NCBI GenBank assembly: GCA_951406725.2
Contig: OX597823.1
Coordinates: 1,860,001 to 1,924,000 of the forward strand
From: Octopus vulgaris
Taxonomy: Eukaryota
Reading direction: 5' to 3'
Length of the DNA: 64,000 bases
Shown here: positions 38,729 to 53,189 of the stretch, piece after piece
Position numbering within the stretch: the stretch's first letter is position 1
Layout of the letters: the number at the start of each line of letters is the position of its first letter
The notes under the pieces: model-generated
What the model saw: only the letters and a program-made list of their open reading frames with translations
What the model was told of the DNA's origin: nothing
Databases searched by the model: none
Made by a program: the position numbers and the translations under genes

Positions 38729-40023
38729 CTGCAGTGGAGGAAAAAAAGAACAGAAAGTGAATAGAGACAAACATAGATAGATGAATAGATACTCATAAGC
38801 ACACGTATATATAAATATATATATCATAAATATAATATATATATACTAGCAGATATACCTGGCATTGCTCAGGTTAAAGAGAATAATGAAATTTAAAACC
38901 ACTGTCTAAATTATGCAGGCCTAAACTGCTAATGGCTGAGATACTAACTTTCTACATTAATAATTCTCCGACCCATGCCAGCATGGAACATAGACGTTGG
39001 GTGAAATGTTAAAAGAAAGTTTCCAACTCATATATGTATATAAAGTAAATACACATAATTCAAAAACACGTTTTGTCTAGCTTATTTCGTAACCAAAAAC
39101 CAGATACAGATTATAAACAATGAAAGGCCAATTTTGGTGATTCATTTGACAGAGGAAGTAGACATTTTTTGACATCCATTAGTCAAAATATTATCACAAT
39201 CTCATCTATTATATAAAACAGAGATGTGTGTATTTGCTTTTTCTCTATCTCTCTATAGCTATCTACCTGTCTATATCTTATCTTATCTATCTTTATCTAC
39301 CTTATTTGTCTCACTAGCTCTCTTTCTCTCTCCCCCTCTCTCTATATCTCATTCACTCTATTGCTTTCACTTTCATTTTTCAGATGCTAAGTTTTCAATC
39401 GCTATTTACAAACAACAGCAACAAATTACTGACAGAAGTAACTTCAGAAATTCCACAATGAATGGGATTAATGATGGAGATACAGCTACACACACACACA
39501 CACACACACACATAAAACAGCTGTGTGGTTAAGGAGTTTGCTTCCCCAACAAATGGTCTTGGGTTCTGTCCTACTGTTGGTCACTTTGGTCAAGTGTCTT
39601 CCACTATAAGCCTCAGACCAGCCAAAGACTCGTGAGTGGAAGCCTGACGGGTATACATACGGGTATACATGTGTTTGTGAGGGTAGGGATAGCTGCATGC
39701 ATGGATGTGTATGTGGGTGGATGCCTTTGTCTTTCACAGCATCTTCTAGTTGTAAATGAGTGTCACTGTTATACAAGCAGTGCCATTCATTTCCAAAATT
39801 CTGCAAAAACATTTCTGGTCAAGTGGGGGGGGGAGGTATTATGTTTCTAGGAAACAGGTGAGAGTTTGGGGACAGGAAGGGCATCATCCGACCCATGCTA
39901 GCACGGAAAAGTGGACATTAAATGTTGATGAAATGATCACACACACACACATTGACAGGTTTTAAACCTTGTTAAACTTGTGCACATAGTGCACCCTGAT
40001 GCACCATAATGCACCCTACTCAC

Positions 40024-40153
40024 CCTGTCTCAAATTGGTCAATGAAAGAAATTCTTCCTGCCAACAATGTAAACTTTCTAAAAAACTCTGCGTTGTTTTG
40101 GTCACCACCATCTTGTTGAAGGAGTTGAACAATGGCTTGATGAAAAAACTGAA
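40024..40153 (-). CDS. Mondo/ChREBP-like factor, DCD (WMC) domain exon; absent from the ORF track
   Basis: 130 nt: FSFFIKPLFNSFNKMVVTKTTQSFLESLHCWQEEFLSLTNLRQG. CAG acceptor, GTGAGT donor, phases 0/1 fit the neighbours. Confidence 0.92.
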
Positions 40154-42514
40154 CTGAATAGTGGTGAAGGAAACCAACAGGAAGTAATTATAAAAATAAT
40201 TAGTATTAATTAGAATATTTTGTACGAGTTAGAAGGAAGGGCAACAATCATGGTGTTTGCCAAGACCTCAAAGACTCACGAGAGAAAAGGAGAATGTTAT
40301 TCTCAGACGGGCAACCAATTCACTATTTGCAACAATTTAGACTCAAGAAAAGGCGCTCAAGAGGCACACAGGGGTCACGTTAAACAGAGAAATGGATTAG
40401 GACTTCCACACAGCCTTGTCAACAAAAAACTGTTGCCAATTCCTTATAAGGAAACACCTAAAATTCTTAGATGAATATACTAGCCCCACCATCACAAACT
40501 GTTCCCATTCTTCTCTCGTCATTGAGTTAGATTAAACATACTTTATGTTTCTTCTTCTCAACATTTATCTCTTTTTCTTCTCCTTCATGACATCCAACCT
40601 GCATCCCTCCTTCTGGGCTGGTATCATCATGTCACACTGAATTACAATAAAACACCAGATTGCTACGACACCAATGGAAACCGTCTTCTTGTCATGTAAC
40701 TCCTGCCAGGTTTGCAGATTAAACCCTCTCCAAGTTTTAATTAACAGAGAAATAACACAGAAATGCAAATCAGAGTGATTTTGAGACTGCTAAACTGAGC
40801 ACTCTTCTGTGTGAGAAACAAACTTCAGCCTCAAAACTTTCCACTTACATCATGGACGTTTACCTTTTTTGCAGTTCATTCAATGAATTCCTGAGAATGT
40901 TTCTTTTCTTCTATTTTCAGTCATGGTGGAAATAAACATTATTGATTTCAGTGATCCTGAGATTTATTGATTCAGAGCTGGAGTGGGGTGATATCACATT
41001 GATTATTTTGTTAGATTGACAAAGAAGAGGCATTAATTTATTGATAGATTTTAAATACAGGGTCTCTGTGTAGAGGTGAGTTTAATAAGGAGAGAGAAAT
41101 TGTTGTAAGAAGAGGGAATCTCTTGGAATGGTAGAGATGAAGGTATATGTTGGAATTCTCTTCCTAAGGGGTGGCCATGAATTAATATCTTGTAAAAATA
41201 TGTGAAAACATCAGTGTGTAATCCACTTACCTGTAATCAACCAACCTTTGTAATTATTGCATTCAGTTTAAATGTTTCTTTCTAAACACTCAGGACTGCC
41301 CAACCCCCAAAGCACTCTTTTGATATTTTCCTCCCCTTTGTAAAGGCATTTGGGCTGGTGGCTACAGTACTGCACTCCTGACCGTAAGGTTGTGGTTTCA
41401 ATTCCTAGACCAGGCAGTGCATTGCATTCTTCAGCAAAGACATTTCTTTTCACATTGTCACTCCAGTCCACTCCGATGTAAATGGACCACCCTGTGACAG
41501 GCTGGAATCCCATTCTGGGGAAATGTTGTGATCTTGGTCACTTATACAACATGGAAAGCAGGTAACTGGTCTTAAGAGTCCTAGGGTTCAAAGACAGTAA
41601 TGTCAAGGGGTTGTTGTTGATGATGATGATGATGATTCTACAACAGCTTCAAAACAATGCTAATACCCAGATTAGAGCCCACTGGCACACAATATTGTCA
41701 AAAGGCGTGTGGTTTAGGGTGTTGGACTCATAATTGTAAGATTATGGTTTCAATTCCTGGACTGCACAGCACATTGTTCTCTTCAGCAAAACACTTCATT
41801 CCATTCAGCTGGCAAAAAGGAGTAATCCTGGGATGGACCAGCATCCCATCCGGGTGGAGAATTTATACACCATGGCAACCGAGAAATCAGCCCTTACAAT
41901 ACGACCCTGGCTTTTCTGGCTTTTTCTGGCCTTTTCTGGGTTTTGATGGGTTTTGATGGAATTTTAAAATGAATGATGACAAAATGAAAACAAAGGCAAT
42001 CTTTTTAAACCTGAATACGTCGTTCAATATGATGTGTGATACGATAGAGAAGTTTCTATGAAACAAGCTGGCCCAAGATCTCAAGACTTACTTTATCCTA
42101 AAATATCACAGGATTCAGAAGAAAATAGCTGGATGCTTTCATCAAACTATTAGGGTTAGGGTTTTTACCAGTAAATGACAGGACAGGATTACAGTTATTA
42201 CCCAAGGTCACTGTGGAACACAAGCTTCAAACTTAGAATTCTTTAAGTCAAGTGTCCCAACCATTTCGCTTCACAGCCATTGAATACATCATCATCATCA
42301 TCATCATCATCGTCATCGTTTAACGTCCGTTTTCCATGCTGGCATGGGTTGGACGGTTCGACCGGGGTCTTTGAAGCCAGGAGGCTGCACCAGGCTCCAG
42401 CGTGATCTGGCAGTGTTTCTACAGCTGGATGCTCTTCCTAATGCCAACCACTCCGTGAGTGTAGTAGACCTGCTGGAAAAAAAGACAAACACAAACACAT
42501 AGAGACATAAACAT

Positions 42515-42598
<84 letters not shown>

Positions 42599-42617
42599 TC
42601 TCAATCTCAAAGGATAC

Positions 42618-42741
42618 AATCCAAAACTTCCAGTTCTGTTTGGTTCGATTCTCAACATATTCTTGAAACAAGTTCCTCAAATCGGTTTTAGGGTAGCTCA
42701 CCCGATCCACCCCAGAATCGGGGAGTTGCAACTGCAGTTTT
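42618..42741 (-). CDS. Mondo/ChREBP-like factor, zipper/DCD exon
   Basis: 124 nt: KLQLQLPDSGV..LRNLFQEYVENRTKQNWKFWI, carrying the family hallmark RT..NWKFW. Donor GTATCCTTT. Confidence 0.95.
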
Positions 42742-44133
42742 CTACAATTAACAATTACATCTCGTTAACATTGATGAAACAAAGAAGAGGAAGAGAAATC
42801 TTTTTGTTTGGGAGAGAAAAGCAAATAAATAAATAAATAAAAATAAGAATAAAGATAAAACTACATAAAGAGATTATAAGGGATTATAGGAGAGAGATTA
42901 ACAACAAAACAACTGCATCAATAGACATTTAAATAATAATAAAAGTTTAATAATAATAATAATAATAATAAACTGGGGTGTTTTAAGTAGGGAGAGGACA
43001 CAAAAATTAAAATTATTTTGAAGATAATGAAGAGAGAGGGAGGGGCAGATTGAGGGAAGGGAAGAGGATGGAGTTGAGAGGGGGAAAGGGAGAGAGTTGA
43101 GAGAAGAGAAATACTTGGGGAAAAGGAAAGGAAAAAGGAAAGAATTAGGGGAGAACCAAGGAGTGTGAGTGTGTGTGTGTGTGTGTGCATGAATGGTTAA
43201 GAAGTTTGATTGCCAACCCTAAGATCTGAAGTTCCATTTCACATAAAGCAAGTAAAGGTAAACTCTGACCCCAATTAGTCCTATGGCCTATCAGTCCAGA
43301 AGATCCCTTCCGCTTGTTTATTTAGGCAGGTCCAACCATCCATCCATGACTGAATGGCCAGGCCTGTCCTGACATGACCATACCACTCGTTCTTGCCAGC
43401 TGAGTGGACCGGAACAACATGAAGTGAAGTGCCTTGCTCAAGAACACAACACCCCAACCAGTCCAACACCCCTAACCACTGAGCCACACACCTCCACACT
43501 TGAAGGAAGGGTCTTCTAAAATAATTCCTGATCGACCCAAATCTTGTCAGTGAAATGGGATTGAGAGAAAAAGTGAGGACATCCACGGACTGTCTTTGAT
43601 GTGGCCAGACACATGGTACCCTGCTAATTCTGTCTGTAGAATATGGTAAGAATACACGAGTCTGTGGAATACTCAACCATTTTCACTACAAAGACTAAGA
43701 GATTCAGTTGATGGAACAATTAGAAGATTCACTGAGAGAGATGTGGCTGTGTAGTTGAGGAACAGACTTCCCAACCACATGGTTCTGAGTTCAGTCTCAC
43801 TGCACAGCACCGTGGCCAACCAAAACCTTGTGAGGGAATTTGGTAAACGAAAACTGAAAAATACCTGTCATACATATATATAATATGTATGTTGGTTCAT
43901 AGCATCTACTTTTCTGCTCTCTGGTCCTGAAGAGGAGTTAACCACTCCAAAATGCATGAATCTCCCAGTCTGGTCAGGGGGCACTGTGAACCGATTTGGT
44001 GTATTTACACCCATTTGTCTACAGAGAGAAATTTTCTCCAGATTTGAACTGACAACCATTTTGCATTTACACATATCACTGCTTAGCACTTTTATTCCAC
44101 TTGTGTGTGTGTTTGCATGTGTGTGTGTGTGTT

Positions 44134-44172
<39 letters not shown>

Positions 44173-45774
44173 TTCCAATTTTCCACAGAAAACTGTAGCT
44201 TGTTTTGAGACAGGTGAGTGTTAGTGACAGGAAAGGTATCTAACTATAGAAAATCTGCCTTGTCCAATTCATCTAACCCATACAAGCATGGAAAAGTGGA
44301 AGTTAAAATGATGATGATGACGACAATGATGACGACGGTGATGATGATCCAGCATATGTATGTGAGTTTGTGAATGTGGCCATATTTGAGTGGGGGGGGG
44401 TGAGTATGTCTCAGTGTAAAAGTCTGTTTTTAAGACCAAGAATCATGAGCTGCTTCTACCGTGCAAGGTTCCTACAGCTGCCCCTCTTATACTGACAGGG
44501 GCAGTTAGATAAAAGACACCTGGATGACCTGGAAAATCCATTGTTATCAGCTACCCTGCCATCCATGACCTCCAACTTCTAACACGAACATTTATTGCCA
44601 ACAAGAAAATATCTATATGGTAGGTCAACTTGCTAGAAATAGCAGCCAAATGTCACTCAAATCACACTCTAACATCCGAGAAGCAGAGAAACAAGGGTTA
44701 AGCAGTGGGGAGGAGAGGAGGGAGATACAAAAGTAAGGAGAATTCTCGGAGAGAGAGGGAGAGAGAAGAGTATGGGGGGTGGGGAAAGATACAAAGATGT
44801 ATCATCATCATCATCATCAACATCTTTTCATTCCCGTCACTTATTCTGGCCTGGGTTGGATGGTTTGAGAGGATCTGACAGACCCGAGGACTGTACTGTG
44901 CTCCAGTATGGGGGGGGGGTTACAGAAAGATAGAAAGTTAGGCAAAAATCTTCTAAAAGATAAAGAGAATCATACAACAGAGAGAGAGAGAGAAGGAGGG
45001 GAGAGGGGGAGAGGGGGGAGAGAAAGGTGAAGAAGGAAAAAGTTTAGCAAATTTAGAAGGAATGTTGCAGAGAGAAAGAATCTCAAGAAAAGTCTGTAGG
45101 AATTTTTCTAAAATGTTCTTTAAGATGGTGGAGAGAAATTGAAGGAAGTATAGCTGCTATTTCTAGGAAACCAAAGGACCACATAAAGTTTTCCTTGTTG
45201 GCTCTAACTGTCTAAGAATTATTTTTAAATTTGCGAAGTATTTTTAGAACCTCAAACTCTGTTTAAAACTGAGTCACAAATTCTTGTACTGAGCACCTTG
45301 AACTAAAAGGTAAATCTCATGGTTTTTGTGGGGTTTGTGTAGGGTATAATCCATGACATATCTATGTTTGTAGTGGTGAAGGTATGTGGCTTAGCGGTTA
45401 GCGCATTTGGGTTACAATCGTAAGGTGTTGAGTTCCAGTCCCAGCAATATATTATGTCCTTGAGCAAGGCACTTTGTTTCACGTTGCTCCAATCCATTCA
45501 ACATGCAAAAATGATTTGTACCTGAATTTCAAAGGGGCCAGCCTTGTCACACTCTGTGTGTCACACTGAATCTCCCCCGTAAACTACGTAAACGGTACAC
45601 GTGTCTGTGGAGTGCTCAGCCATTTGCACGCTAATTTCACGAGCAGGCTGTTCCGTTGATCAGATTAGCTGGGACTTTCGTTGTCGTAACCGACGGAGTG
45701 CTCCATGTTTGTAGTATGAGATATAGCATGTTTACGTGTGTGTTATAAGTAGTGGGTAGCGATTTTCTTCACTA

Positions 45775-46160
45775 CTTCAGGGAGTGATGACCCTGCCTGA
45801 CACGAGTCCCAGGCTCAGCTGACTCCGGCTGACAGTCCCCAGTATGGGCCCCTATCTTCGGTTACAGAAAGGAGACAACCTTCAAAGAAATCCAGAGTGG
45901 GACCCCATAGGCAGTTTAGTGTTTTCTCGACAGTTTTCCGGCAGCTCCTGCAACCATGCTGGTGCCAAACGTAAAGCTCTACATGTCAGCAAAGTCAAGA
46001 CAGGAACCCTGACGATTGGGCTACCCAGGATTTTCTTACATCTAGCCCAGGCCTGTGCAAAACTGGAGAGGAAACTTCAGTGAAAAACCAGACTGGATTA
46101 TCTTATGCGCAACTCCATTGTTTCCCGAGACAAAAGGATGCCAACAACAACAACAACAGG
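45775..46160 (+). mobile_element. Probable non-autonomous RTE-derived short element with (CAA)n tail
   Basis: GC-richer island ending CCATTGTTTCCCGAGACAAAAGGATGC(CAA)n, resembling RTE 3' ends. Confidence 0.4.
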
Positions 46161-47125
46161 ATATAGTATGCGTGGTGCAAGATATTGCGTGAGTGTGGTG
46201 TTGTGAATTTAGTCTGTCGCTGAACTAATTCACAGCCTGGCCACCATGACCAGCCACCATCCTATCTTTTTGCTACCATTACAAGAGGGGTGGAAATCTT
46301 GAGAGGTATAAGCACCAGTTCTACTGTTATACTTGGTTAGTTAACTTTGTAACTAGTTAAATATTGGTTTCAAATTTTGGCACAAGACCAGCAATTTGGG
46401 GTTAGTTGATTACATTGACCCCAGAGTTCAACTGGTACTTATACTACCAACCCTGAAAGGATGAAAGATAAAGTCGACCTTGGCAACATTTGAACCCAGA
46501 ACATAAAGTCAGAAGTAATTCCACTCTGTACCTTTTCTGGTGCATTGATGATCCTACCAGCTGATGGCCTAATAATTAATTAAATGTTAATTTGCAAACT
46601 GAGCATCTGAAATCTGATCTGCAAAGTTTGATCGAACTCAGAGCAAATTCTGAAGATGATCCACAGTCCAGTCTATGGTCAAGAACTAGTGATATCAATG
46701 TCCAATACTGCTGCCATCTGCCACACAGTTAAGGAATCGATTGCAGAGAATCTAAAAGGGGGCAGGGAGTGGGAGGGGGGCTAGGCAATGTGCAAACTTA
46801 TACAGGTTTCTCATATCTAACCCTAACCACATCATCTCCTGTCTCAATTCCTCCTCAAATTTCTTGCAACATCCTTGCATTTATTCTTGCACCTTTATAA
46901 AGGTGCATCTGCAAAAATTCAACCAAAGTTGGTATCAACAATTGAAGGAGTCCTTCAATGACCCTCACCACTGTCCATACTCCTTTCACTAAGAAACAGT
47001 TGAAACAGAACAGAAGCATCATTTTAGCATCTTTCATTTTCATATTTCTGTTGAAATACATTCTCTTTTATTTCATTTTTGGATTTGGTTTGCAAGATTC
47101 TTTATATGAGTTCGTGTGTTGAAGC

Positions 47126-47339
47126 ATATTCTGTTGCGTCTGGGGAGAGTCATTTTCTTTTTGTGCCTTATAATGTAACACACTCACCGGTAAAATTTCC
47201 ACTTATTTCTTATTTTTGTTTTCCTAAAATTTTCGTTGTGTCTTGCAACCTTTTCAATAGTCAGGACTATTTTACCGGTGAGTGTGTTACATTATAAGGC
47301 ACAAAAAGAAAATGACTCTCCCCAGACACAACAGAATAT
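47126..47339. repeat. 71-bp inverted repeat with one mismatch and 72-bp spacer
   Basis: 47126-47196 is the reverse complement of 47269-47339. Confidence 0.95.
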
Positions 47340-50300
47340 ACATTCTCTTTGTCTCAGTGAATTTTGAAAATAACGAAGAATTTAGCCAAAAGTAACTTTG
47401 TCATTATTAATCTGGAGTTTGGAACAGAAGTTAACAGGAAATTTTGATAGGAGTTTTTGATTTAGATTTATTTTAAAACAAGAAAATGGTATTACAGAGG
47501 CAGAGGTGGTCACATGTGGGTTGATACCAAAATGGTTAAGAACACAATTTTCATTATTTCTTAATGAAACAGTTTAAATGATGAAGGATAGAATATTTTA
47601 TTGCATTTCTGAAAACCAGTTAATTTCATAATTCTACTGCTTTCATCATAAAATTTAATTTTAAAAACAGTTGAACACTAAAGATTAATTAGTTACTTCT
47701 AACGAGCTTCTATGAACCCAGGTCAACAACAGACATGAGATAAACAATCACCTAAAATGGTAGTTTTTGATGTGTGTGTGTGTGTGGTGAGGTATACTGA
47801 GGGAATCTGGAAGAAAGGTGAATTAGTAGAATGTTTTGATAACCTGTTGGGAAGAAACCAGAAAAATAAACAGTTAGAGATGATGAGGTTAACATCAGCT
47901 GAAGAGGAACAAACTAGCACTGAGGTATTAAAAGACTTCCATGAGTTTTGTGCCACAAGAATCGGCAGATGACAACAGCTGTCACATATTCCAAAGCATT
48001 GTCTTGCAGCAGACATTTTCATTTGTGCCATGGCTTGGCCACATAAAACAAATCCATTTTACTAAACAGTGACACACAGAAGCCACCTGGCGACTGGACT
48101 GAGCTGCACTGGACAATGGCTCATCTAAGGAGATTAAATATTGGTTCATTGGCTGAGGAGGTATTACAGGTATTTTGTATTCTATCACAGGAAGTTGTAT
48201 TGTAATGTAGACAGGACACAGAACCCTAATTGGCCCCAGCGACAGTAGCAGAGGTAATTAGATGCTAATGGCTTTAATGATTGATTCCTTGAACTAGAGA
48301 CACCAAAGATTTCTGATAACTGGGTGGGTGTCTTGGCTCAGGAACTGAATTCCTGTTTACCTGGTAAGAAAATTACCTGTTTAACAGGTAAAATTGAAGA
48401 ACGGCTCATTAATGATAGGCTGAGTTAATTAGAAAGAGTCAGGAAGGACACAACACTGAAGCCAAACCCAGTATTGATCATTGTCCAAAATAATGGTTGT
48501 TTGAGACTCTGTGGAATTGGTTGTACAAGAGTTGTGCTTTCTGACTAAACATCTACCATCTACCATCACAATATATTCCTGACAACAAACAATTGCATTG
48601 AATTACTTGATTATTTGCCAGTGAAATGAAACAGGTGACATGACAATATTTACTTTCTTTTTTTTTTATGATTCCAATGATTTATATAAAATAACATTTT
48701 TTATATACAATGAGAAAAGTTGGCCACAACATAAACAGCAATTTTTCTCAGAACTAACAAGATATTCTTGTATGATGAGAGAGAAACATCTAACATTAAT
48801 TATGTTTCTTTTAACAGAGTTAATTAATAACTTATTAGTAGTTATGATATTAATTAGTTTTGACCATAATTAGTCTCCATAAAAATCTCGTCAGTGTCAC
48901 TAAATGAAGCACACATTTGGTAAAAGAATTAGTCAAGAACACACCAAGAAGACAGACCTCCTGGCTGTTGGTGCCATAAAAACTCCTAAGGTTGATCCAA
49001 TTGTCTAAATCAAGCTTAATCCCACTAAATCATGTTATTAATATCATCTACATCAATACCATCACTAGTAATAATCTGGCAATTACATCTTTAAATAAGG
49101 ATCCAAATTTCATATTTGATGAAAACATGTCTTCTACAGGTTACAACTTTGTAACTCCTCTTGGTGAACGAAACATGTGCAATGGTGAATAAAATGAAAA
49201 AATGAAAATTCTCCTGTTTTGAAATCATTACAGAAAATATTTTCCTATATTCTGAACTCTTAAGCGTGTGTCACACAAACATAACATCTACATAGAGATC
49301 TGGAATACTAGAATTAGGAGATGTGCTTTTAAGGGGACACAGTTTGGATTTGAACCCTATCTACATATGTAAGGATCCCCAATACACATTGCCAGGATGA
49401 AAGCTTCAATAATGAATTAAACACTGTTCTCCAATAAATAATATACACCTGTATTCCAGGTATTTCCTTCTGTTTGCACACATAACTGCAGGTGTATACA
49501 GATCTGTGGGTGGGTGTGTATACACTGACACACATGCACATCCACATAGTTTCACCTAATCCTAAATCTTTACACTCATCCCTAATAATCCTGAGTTGAC
49601 AGAGTCTGATGCTCTCTCGATTCTTTTTTCAGATACAAAAAGACTCAAAATAAGAGTCACCATAACATTCAGGCTTTCTTTTAACATCCTAAATAAAGAC
49701 AGTATATTCTAGATGAAAGAATCAAAACTAGGAATTTGTCACTAGGGCTGAATAATAAACCATTATTTAGTTCCTGACTTTAAACAAAAAAAAAAGCTTA
49801 AAATTTGATCTTTGGAACTTTGGTTTTTCACAGACAATTGTGAGTCTGTTTTTGTTTTTCTTCAACCCAAACCTTTGCATTGTTATCAACGCCCTCTTCA
49901 AATTACCAAATTACAATGGTTTCAGTTTTTAATAGTTTGAACCCAAACTACAATTGTCAACAAACTATTTTCTAACCAATGCTCCACAAACCATTTTTTA
50001 CAGAACAAATTGGTTCTTGGTTTTGTTTCATGTTTGTTGTTGTTGTTTTTTGTTTCTCTTTTGATAACTGGAAGACACCAAACCATTTCCTTCCATGACA
50101 AACTCAAACAAAACCAGTTTTAGTCCTAGATGACTTAATTATTTCTAATAATTATTTAAATTTTTAATGAAATCTGCTGTAAATGTGTTTCACTTTCTGT
50201 TTAAAATATTCAACAACTTGAAAGAATTTAGTGAAATACTTTCCCAGTCATTAAATTGATGTTTCGAACTTAACAAATGGTCCCTGCAAAGAACTGTGAT

Positions 50301-50409
50301 AAAAGGAGTCAACCTAAGTATACCCTTTGTATCATAGAACCAAAAACAGTCTCAGACAGGTTCAGCACGAACAGTTTTTGTTTTTTTAACTGATGGAAAA
50401 TTAACAGTC

Positions 50410-50457
<48 letters not shown>

Positions 50458-50479
50458 TATCACTATTATTATTATTATT

Positions 50480-50630
50480 GCCTTTGCACAGCTTCTAACG
50501 CTGGAGATGCACTACGGTGTCAGCTGTTCCCTACCAGTGAACTAAGGTAACACCCCTTATTTTTCGAGCACCTTCTAGAGTATTCGAACGGTTCCAAGCA
50601 GAGCTGTTTTCTGCAACTCCTCCACCCTTA
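50480..50630 (-). mobile_element. R4/Dong-type extreme 3' end inside a (TAA)n tract
   Basis: IRVEELQKTALLGTVRIL*KVLEK plus 3' UTR, with (TTA)n on both sides. Confidence 0.8.
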
Positions 50631-50661
<31 letters not shown>

Positions 50662-50679
50662 TTCACTATTATTTAAGAT

Positions 50680-51140
50680 GAAGAACTGGCAGAATCGCTA
50701 GCACACCAGACGAAATGTTTAGCGGCATTTCTTCCGGCTCTTTTCGTTCTGAGTGAAAATTCCACCAGAGTTAACTTTACCTTTCATCCTTTCAGGGTCG
50801 AAAAATTAAGTACCAGTGAAACATTGGGGTCAATGTAATCAACTAGTCAGTTCCCTCCCCCAAAATTTCTGGCCTTGTGCCTATACTAGAAAGGATTATT
50901 ATAATCATTATTATTATTAAGGCAGAGAGCAGGGAGAATCATTACTATGTCAGATAAAATGCCTGGCAGCATTTCATTTATCTTTATGTTCCAAGTTCAA
51001 ATTCAGCCAAGGCCAATTTTGCCTTTCATCCATTCAGGGTCAATAAAATAAGTAACAGTTAAGCACTAGGGTCCCTAGGCTCGAGCATCCGCCTCCCCCA
51101 ATAACTTCAGGTTTGGTGCCAATAGTAGAAAGGAATATTA
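50680..51140 (+). mobile_element. Two tandem SINE family A copies
   Basis: Core motif present twice. Confidence 0.8.
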
Positions 51141-51669
51141 TTTCACCTTTTTCACTGAACTACAGTCACGCTGGGGCCAAAAGTTATACAACATTAGTAT
51201 TACTGAAATATGTAAGACTGGACTCCTATAAATGTACCAATGGCTACAAGAATCAACATTATCAATTCTATATGAATCACCATTATTCATAGTCACTGCC
51301 CCTCATTCTGGGGTAAATTTATACTATCGGAAAATTTTGGGGGTCATTTCATGTGGAACATTCAAGGAGAGATTTTCATCAATCCCTCCAAAAATTTATT
51401 TCCATTCCTCAGTTCTTATTAAACAAATTCATAAAAAAACACAAGTTTCAAGAATATGGAATACAAAACAGGTATGAAAATATGAAGAACAGTTACATAA
51501 ATGATGAAAATATACATACATATATATACATAGTTACATGGTTACATACATATATATATATGTGTATATATTTGTGAGGGAATATGTGCATATAAATACA
51601 TATGTATATATAAACATACGTAATTATTTATAATTGGTATGTATATATATATATGTGTGTGTGTGTATG

Positions 51670-51702
<33 letters not shown>

Positions 51703-51859
51703 ATGTATATATATACATATATAAACATATGTTTGCATATATACATATATACACATGTATGTATACATATATATATATATACATACACACACACACACAC
51801 ATATATATACATATAAAATTATGTATAGTTTTATATATATATATATAAATACAGGCCTC

Positions 51860-51914
<55 letters not shown>

Positions 51915-52065
51915 AATATATACAATAAATACGCATATTTATATATACATAAAATTAACATCTAGCCAAAAAAAAAAAAAAGAAATGCAAATAAAAAAAG
52001 GAAGAAAAGATAGAAAATGTGGGCGTGGCGTTTCACCGGGCCCAAGAGGATTAATGTACACTTAC

Positions 52066-52165
52066 TGAATCTCGTCAGTCAAGGCACCTAACTGTTGCCG
52101 CAGGGCACATGCCTCATCTCTCTGGGCCTTAGATTCGGCCTGAAGTTGTCGACAGTGTTCCGACG
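52066..52165 (-). CDS. Mondo/ChREBP-like factor, helix 2/leucine zipper exon
   Basis: 100 nt: (A)SEHCRQLQAESKAQRDEACALRQQLGALTDEI(Q). TGTAG acceptor with CTGAC branch, GTAAGT donor, phases 1/2 fit. Confidence 0.9.
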
Positions 52166-53189
52166 CTACAATAGGGAGACGAGTCAGAATTTTGGGTAAG
52201 GGCTGTCCCCTGAGTACAGGGGACCCATCGTGTACCATACGCAAGGTGCCCATTGACGATAATTGCCTTTATTGAATTATTAAACAATTAACTATTACTA
52301 CTATTACAATTATTATTACTACTACTACTACTACTACCCCTACTACTGCTACTAATTCACTAATTAAAGTCTGTTATTGTTAATACACCTCCTCATGTGA
52401 CCATCAAATAGTATAATTGAGGTGATTAGAATAATATATTCATATTTATGCAGTTTTTAGTAAACAATTCCTGAAATTAAAATGTTTTTCTTTTTTTATT
52501 CTGAACATCTCAACCCCCCCCCCCTTCCCCTGGCTTTGATAGAATTTTTCTCTTTAATGTCTCGCTTTGAAATTTCAAAAGCATAAAAGCTTCTTCTTTT
52601 TTACTTCAAGAATTCCACACAGCTATCTCATGAAATTCCATGTTGAAAGTTTCGATAATTTTCACATTATGATCATAAAAAACTTCATTTGAAGAACATA
52701 AGAAATTCCACGTCAACTTTGATAGGAATTCTATCATCAGAAACAAGCTTCATGTCTGCAGAATGGAACCAGCAAATAACTAAAACCCTTCCTTTCTTAC
52801 AAACCAAACAGAAAAAGAAAAAAAAACAATTCTTCATCACAAGACTACTGAGATTGCAATGGAACCTAGAATGGCAAACAAATTCATACTTGGGGTTTCC
52901 TTTTATGAGAGGAAACCCAAACAATTTATAAATATATGTTTTGTGCATGTGAATGTGAAAGTGTGTAAGGGAGAGTGTGTTTTTTTGTGTGTGTGTGTGT
53001 GTGTGCATATCTTGATATATATATATATATATATATATGTAGGGGGCGTGCTGGACAGATGTGGTGTTTTTACACCTTTCTGCAATAGAAGAGAATTTCT
53101 TCTCCCCACAAACTGCAGTGAGTCTGTCTATACAAGTTGGAATATGTCACAAACCTATTTCAACTAACCTCTTTAAAGGTGAAACAGTT

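Noticed and set aside
38446-38760. Acidic plus-strand ORF of 104 aa
   Set aside because: Antisense shadow of the Ser-rich Mondo exon.
42149-42162. TTAGGG repeats (also about 46817)
   Set aside because: Only two units each; expected by chance.
45775-45850. Possible HDV-like ribozyme at an RTE-like 5' end
   Set aside because: The nested double pseudoknot could not be assembled by eye.
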